Assembly: GCA_016707785.1 (NCBI GenBank)
Contig: JADJGZ010000001.1
Coordinates: 324,484 to 388,483 of the forward strand
Origin: Bacteroidales bacterium
Lineage (GTDB): Bacteria; Bacteroidota; Bacteroidia; Bacteroidales; UBA4417
Direction: 5' to 3'
Length of the DNA: 64,000 bases
Part shown: positions 60,596-64,000 of the stretch, in pieces
Numbering within the stretch: the first letter of the stretch is position 1
How the letters are laid out: each line of letters starts with the position of its first letter
The notes under the pieces: generated by a model
Told to the model about the DNA's origin: nothing
Seen by the model: only the letters and a program-made list of their open reading frames with translations
The model's database searches: none
Made by a program: the position numbers and the translations under genes

Positions 60596-61684
60596 TTATG
60601 GCTTAACCGGTAAGAAAGGTGTTGGTGTAACAGCCTGTACATCCGGTCTTGGAGTGATCGTTTGGTAGGCGATATCATTGGTAAAGCCATCAACCACCAG
60701 GTTTGGACAAGGAGGTGAATTGGGGCCATTATCATGATGAACGTCACCTAATGGAGGAGTAGCTGACAGCATTGTAATACCATCGACAGCAACTGCAACC
60801 TGCTCAGCAGTAAGTCCTTCGTAATTGCTGGCACCATTTGAATGGTCGATGATGATGCGAATAAAGATGGATTCCCCTGCTGCACCAATGGTAGTTCCTG
60901 TGCCAGGTACAACGGGATCAACAGAAGTATAAACACCTGCTGCCAAAGTCATTGCATGAGTTGCAGCAAAAGAGGTAGCGGAAGACCATACTACTTCTGA
61001 AACTGTTTCTTCAGGATCTAAACCGGCAATGGTGATGCTGGGTAACCAAGACACAGACCAGTTAGCAGCAGACACTTCATAATAGAGTGTATCTGCACCG
61101 AAATCATATATAACTCCTTCAGGTGCTGTTGCATCATAATCAGCACTTACAATGTCGGAGATACAACGGTCGATGTTTGTTCCGTAACCCGGCTGAAGCA
61201 CTTTACTTGCATTAAGGTTAGCAATATCAAGGGTGAAAGCATTGATAGGCTGGATCTTGTAAACCTTCATATTATTAGGGCTACAGGTGCCATTATCATT
61301 CACCACATTGATGATTACGAATACAGGGTTTGCCGGATCGTAGGTAAAACTGTTCCAGGTAAGTGAAATTGAGTTACCATCAACTGTTCCTACGTTATAA
61401 TTGGCACCTGCTGCTGCCAGGAATGCACTGGTACCGGGAACTTCCGGGGTGGCAACCAGTACTTTATTTGTGATAAAAGTCTGGTCTTGTGTAACTCTCC
61501 ATAAATAGGTCTTAGTACCCGGAGGGGTGGGAACATTCACTTCATAAGTGTAAGGTGTACCTGCAATAGGATGCAGAGCATCAGCGGGAAGACAGGTGAT
61601 CGTTCTTGGAGCTAACTGAGCCATGGATGTAGAGATACCTATGGCCAGGAAAGCTGCCAACATTAATAAAAGTTGCTTTTTCAT
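60596..61684 (-). CDS. Secreted Ala/Thr/Gly-rich protein of unknown family (adhesin-locus accessory)
   Basis: 362-aa ORF with a signal peptide ending SMAQ. Ig-like module cues: TYLWRV...ISLTWNSF. Confidence 0.6.
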   Translation of the reverse strand: MKKQLLLMLAAFLAIGISTSMAQLAPRTITCLPADALHPIAGTPYTYEVNVPTPPGTKTYLWRVTQDQTFITNKVLVATPEVPGTSAFLAAAGANYNVGTVDGNSISLTWNSFTYDPANPVFVIINVVNDNGTCSPNNMKVYKIQPINAFTLDIANLNASKVLQPGYGTNIDRCISDIVSADYDATAPEGVIYDFGADTLYYEVSAANWSVSWLPSITIAGLDPEETVSEVVWSSATSFAATHAMTLAAGVYTSVDPVVPGTGTTIGAAGESIFIRIIIDHSNGASNYEGLTAEQVAVAVDGITMLSATPPLGDVHHDNGPNSPPCPNLVVDGFTNDIAYQTITPRPDVQAVTPTPFLPVKP

Positions 61685-61851
61685 GTTTTTAATTTTTAAT
61701 TGATTGTGAATGAAACTTTGTTTTCTTTGCTTTTTTCAAAATTGTTGTTAATGTTCATAATTCATTGAATTAGTGATTGAGTTGGGTCAGATGTTAATTT
61801 TTTTTATTTATCCATAGGCATACTATTAGTTTGACATCAGTTGATTTTTTA

Positions 61852-64000
61852 TTATTGTTTAATTACGTTTGGACGAGGAGTTATGGTTATATTGACTTCA
61901 TAAATTGCAGATGCATTTCCATTGCAGTCCACCACCTGGTAGCTGATTTTATGGATCAGGTTACCGGTTAATATTCCCGGGAACTGAATATCACTGCTGT
62001 AGGTGGATGGTTGTCCGGTGAAATACAATGAGGGTAAAGCAGGGAGGATACTTCCATCAGCAAAATCGATGTGCCAGCGGATTTCCGGAGTACAACCCAG
62101 GCTGCAGTTATCGGTAATAGCGGAAATATCCAGGTCAAAAGTTGTACTTCCTGCTATAAATGTGTAATACTCAGGTCGATCTGGCTGAATATCCATGGTT
62201 GGGTCATAATAAACTGCTGTATTAATCGACTCAACGCAGAAACTAAAGGGTCCCGGCAATACAAATGCAGGTGGCTGATCATCAACTACTGTTATTGTTT
62301 GGTAGCATGTATCAGAACCTGAGATATTGGAAGCAATCCAACGAATCGTGGTTGTACCCAGGTTAAAGGTATAGGGGTTTGGAAGAATCGGAATCCCGGT
62401 ACCGGAGCCTGTTGTTGCCCCAGACATTTGCCATTGCCAGCTTACAGGTAAAGCCCCGGAATTGAGAGCAGGTATCCCTGGATCTAATGAAGCTATGCAT
62501 AAACCGGATTGTGTATTCTGCAAAATATCAGCCGGACAGGTGATATCAGGAGGGTCGTTAGGTGTAATTGTTACAGTAAAGCTGCAGTATGATGAATTTC
62601 CACATAAGTCGGTCACAGTATAGCTTACGGTCGTTGTTCCAACATTGAACTGGTAGGGTGACGGAATAAAACCGGTCCCTGCCCCCGTTGAAGGTGCTGA
62701 CAGGCTCCATGAAAAGATCAATGAATCTGCAACAGAACAATTATCGGCAGCTGAAGGAGCTGATAAAGAAACGTTGGCAAATTCTTCTCCCGGTTCAGCA
62801 GGAAGTGTTACAGATGCAGGGCAAGACAATGCGGGAGGATTAATATCTTCAACCAGAATTTCTTCCTGGCAAATTGCATTACAGCCATTAACATCAGTTG
62901 TCATTAATGTCAGCAGGAATGTTTCATCACAGAGGTCACCTGCAGTGACACTTACTACCTGAGCATTAAATGGACCAGTAATAGCACCATTTCCTGAGAT
63001 CGACCAGGCATAATTGCTCATTGCTGCCTGTCCTGAATATTGATTTCCGGAAGTCCCGGGACAAACCGGGCTGGAACCACTGATGATACAAGTGGGCAGG
63101 GAATTGATCGTGATGGTATGACTTACATTCTGAGTTTGGGAACAGCCATTATCTGAACTGATTGAAACGATGGTATAAATATATGTCCCGGGCATATTAG
63201 TGGGAACTGACAGTTCCACTGATGAACCAAATGTTGTGGTGATGGATTGCTGTGCACCACCATTGATGGTATAAAGGAAAGTATAAGGTGCTGTCCCATC
63301 TGTTCCTGTGAAAGTAAGGATCGGGGAAATGGAATACAGACAAGCAGAAGTGGGTCCTGTGATAGATGCTGAAGGTAATGGATAGACAATAATATCAATG
63401 GAATCGGTAAGTGGAGGACAGCCATAACCATCAGATACAGAAAGATAATACCTTCCGCTGCCATTCGTTGTAATCCCATTGATTACAGGATCTTTCAGAG
63501 TGGAGGTAAATCCTCCCGGACCTGTCCATGAGTAGGAAACCGGGGGCTTTCCACCTGTCAGGTTTGCAAACAGTTGAACGTTTTCACCTTCACAGAATAT
63601 ACCATCTCCACTACAAGTAGGGTCAGTAGAAAATGGGATTGGGGCCAGGGTTCCAAACGAGATATCATCAATACCAAAATCGTTTCCGTTTGCTGATGTA
63701 TTGAGGTCAAGAATTTCAATTATAGCAGTGGTTGAAGCCCCTGAATTCCAGGTACCATAGAATCTATCCTTGAGCAGCCAGGGATTATTGAGTATATTTT
63801 GTCCAGCGGTTAGAAAAGCAGTAGTTCCAACCTGAGTACCATTTACTGAGAATCTAAGTTCAGCATAGGGAGATACATTATTCAAGCTGATGGCCCAGGC
63901 AGAAAAGTAATAATCTGTATTCGGAAGGACAGTTACTGTTTCTCTCCAAACAAAGGGCTGAGGAGCATATTTAGCTCCGTTAACAATAAGGAAATTGGCA
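61852..64000 (-). CDS. Large HYR/Ig-repeat surface protein, 5' end outside window
   Basis: The frame stays open from the track start (a TTG at 63885) up to nt 63999. It has at least three HYR-like modules (P.L.CP...DNC...GTTTVSYTV.D..GN...C.F.V.I) and a jelly-roll-like segment ending GNDFGIDDISF. I recognise no T9SS C-terminal domain at its C-terminus. Confidence 0.8.
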   Translation of the reverse strand, partial: ANFLIVNGAKYAPQPFVWRETVTVLPNTDYYFSAWAISLNNVSPYAELRFSVNGTQVGTTAFLTAGQNILNNPWLLKDRFYGTWNSGASTTAIIEILDLNTSANGNDFGIDDISFGTLAPIPFSTDPTCSGDGIFCEGENVQLFANLTGGKPPVSYSWTGPGGFTSTLKDPVINGITTNGSGRYYLSVSDGYGCPPLTDSIDIIVYPLPSASITGPTSACLYSISPILTFTGTDGTAPYTFLYTINGGAQQSITTTFGSSVELSVPTNMPGTYIYTIVSISSDNGCSQTQNVSHTITINSLPTCIISGSSPVCPGTSGNQYSGQAAMSNYAWSISGNGAITGPFNAQVVSVTAGDLCDETFLLTLMTTDVNGCNAICQEEILVEDINPPALSCPASVTLPAEPGEEFANVSLSAPSAADNCSVADSLIFSWSLSAPSTGAGTGFIPSPYQFNVGTTTVSYTVTDLCGNSSYCSFTVTITPNDPPDITCPADILQNTQSGLCIASLDPGIPALNSGALPVSWQWQMSGATTGSGTGIPILPNPYTFNLGTTTIRWIASNISGSDTCYQTITVVDDQPPAFVLPGPFSFCVESINTAVYYDPTMDIQPDRPEYYTFIAGSTTFDLDISAITDNCSLGCTPEIRWHIDFADGSILPALPSLYFTGQPSTYSSDIQFPGILTGNLIHKISYQVVDCNGNASAIYEVNITITPRPNVIKQ

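Overview
This is a chromosomal segment from a Bacteroidota genome. The evidence is several proteins with type-A or type-B T9SS C-terminal sorting domains, a PorP/SprF gene, TAnnTTTG-type -7 promoter boxes and a low-GC, A/T-rich third codon position. About 50 genes are tightly packed. I found no rRNA, tRNA, CRISPR array, intact transposase or integrase by eye.

**1-34 kb: mostly housekeeping.**
- Genes recognised: PiT phosphate transporter (5' truncated), YggS, a hybrid histidine kinase, DUF1015-serA-serC, L31 type B, Lon, DapA, LigA, MiaA and a CCA-adding enzyme.
- Secreted T9SS cargo peptidases (M1, M14-PKD-CUB) and a PCMD-like protein are interspersed.

**34-51 kb: three accessory-looking modules.**
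- An isocitrate/isopropylmalate-type dehydrogenase, an atypical HD protein and a fused LeuC-LeuD-like aconitase-family hydratase.
- An NO-stress island: two tandem Rrf2 regulators, a 4Fe-4S protein, qNOR, cupin, a YgbA-like protein and a second cupin.
- A DUF1338 (HglS-like) gene close to a 990-aa YdiJ-like FAD/Fe-S dehydrogenase.
- A 533-bp hairpin-rich element bounded by 20-bp perfect inverted repeats lies at 38.2-38.7 kb.

**51-64 kb: the most unusual region, a minus-strand cell-surface adhesin locus.**
- Gene order is: HYR-rich giant protein (5' end outside the window), two secreted proteins with no obvious homologues, a roughly 1520-aa adhesin, PorP/SprF, and an Omp85-like protein.
- The adhesin has a type-B sorting domain and ten near-identical 237-bp in-frame tandem repeats. 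As assembled, it is broken by two opposite frameshifts.
- A 956-bp gap with no credible gene splits the locus.
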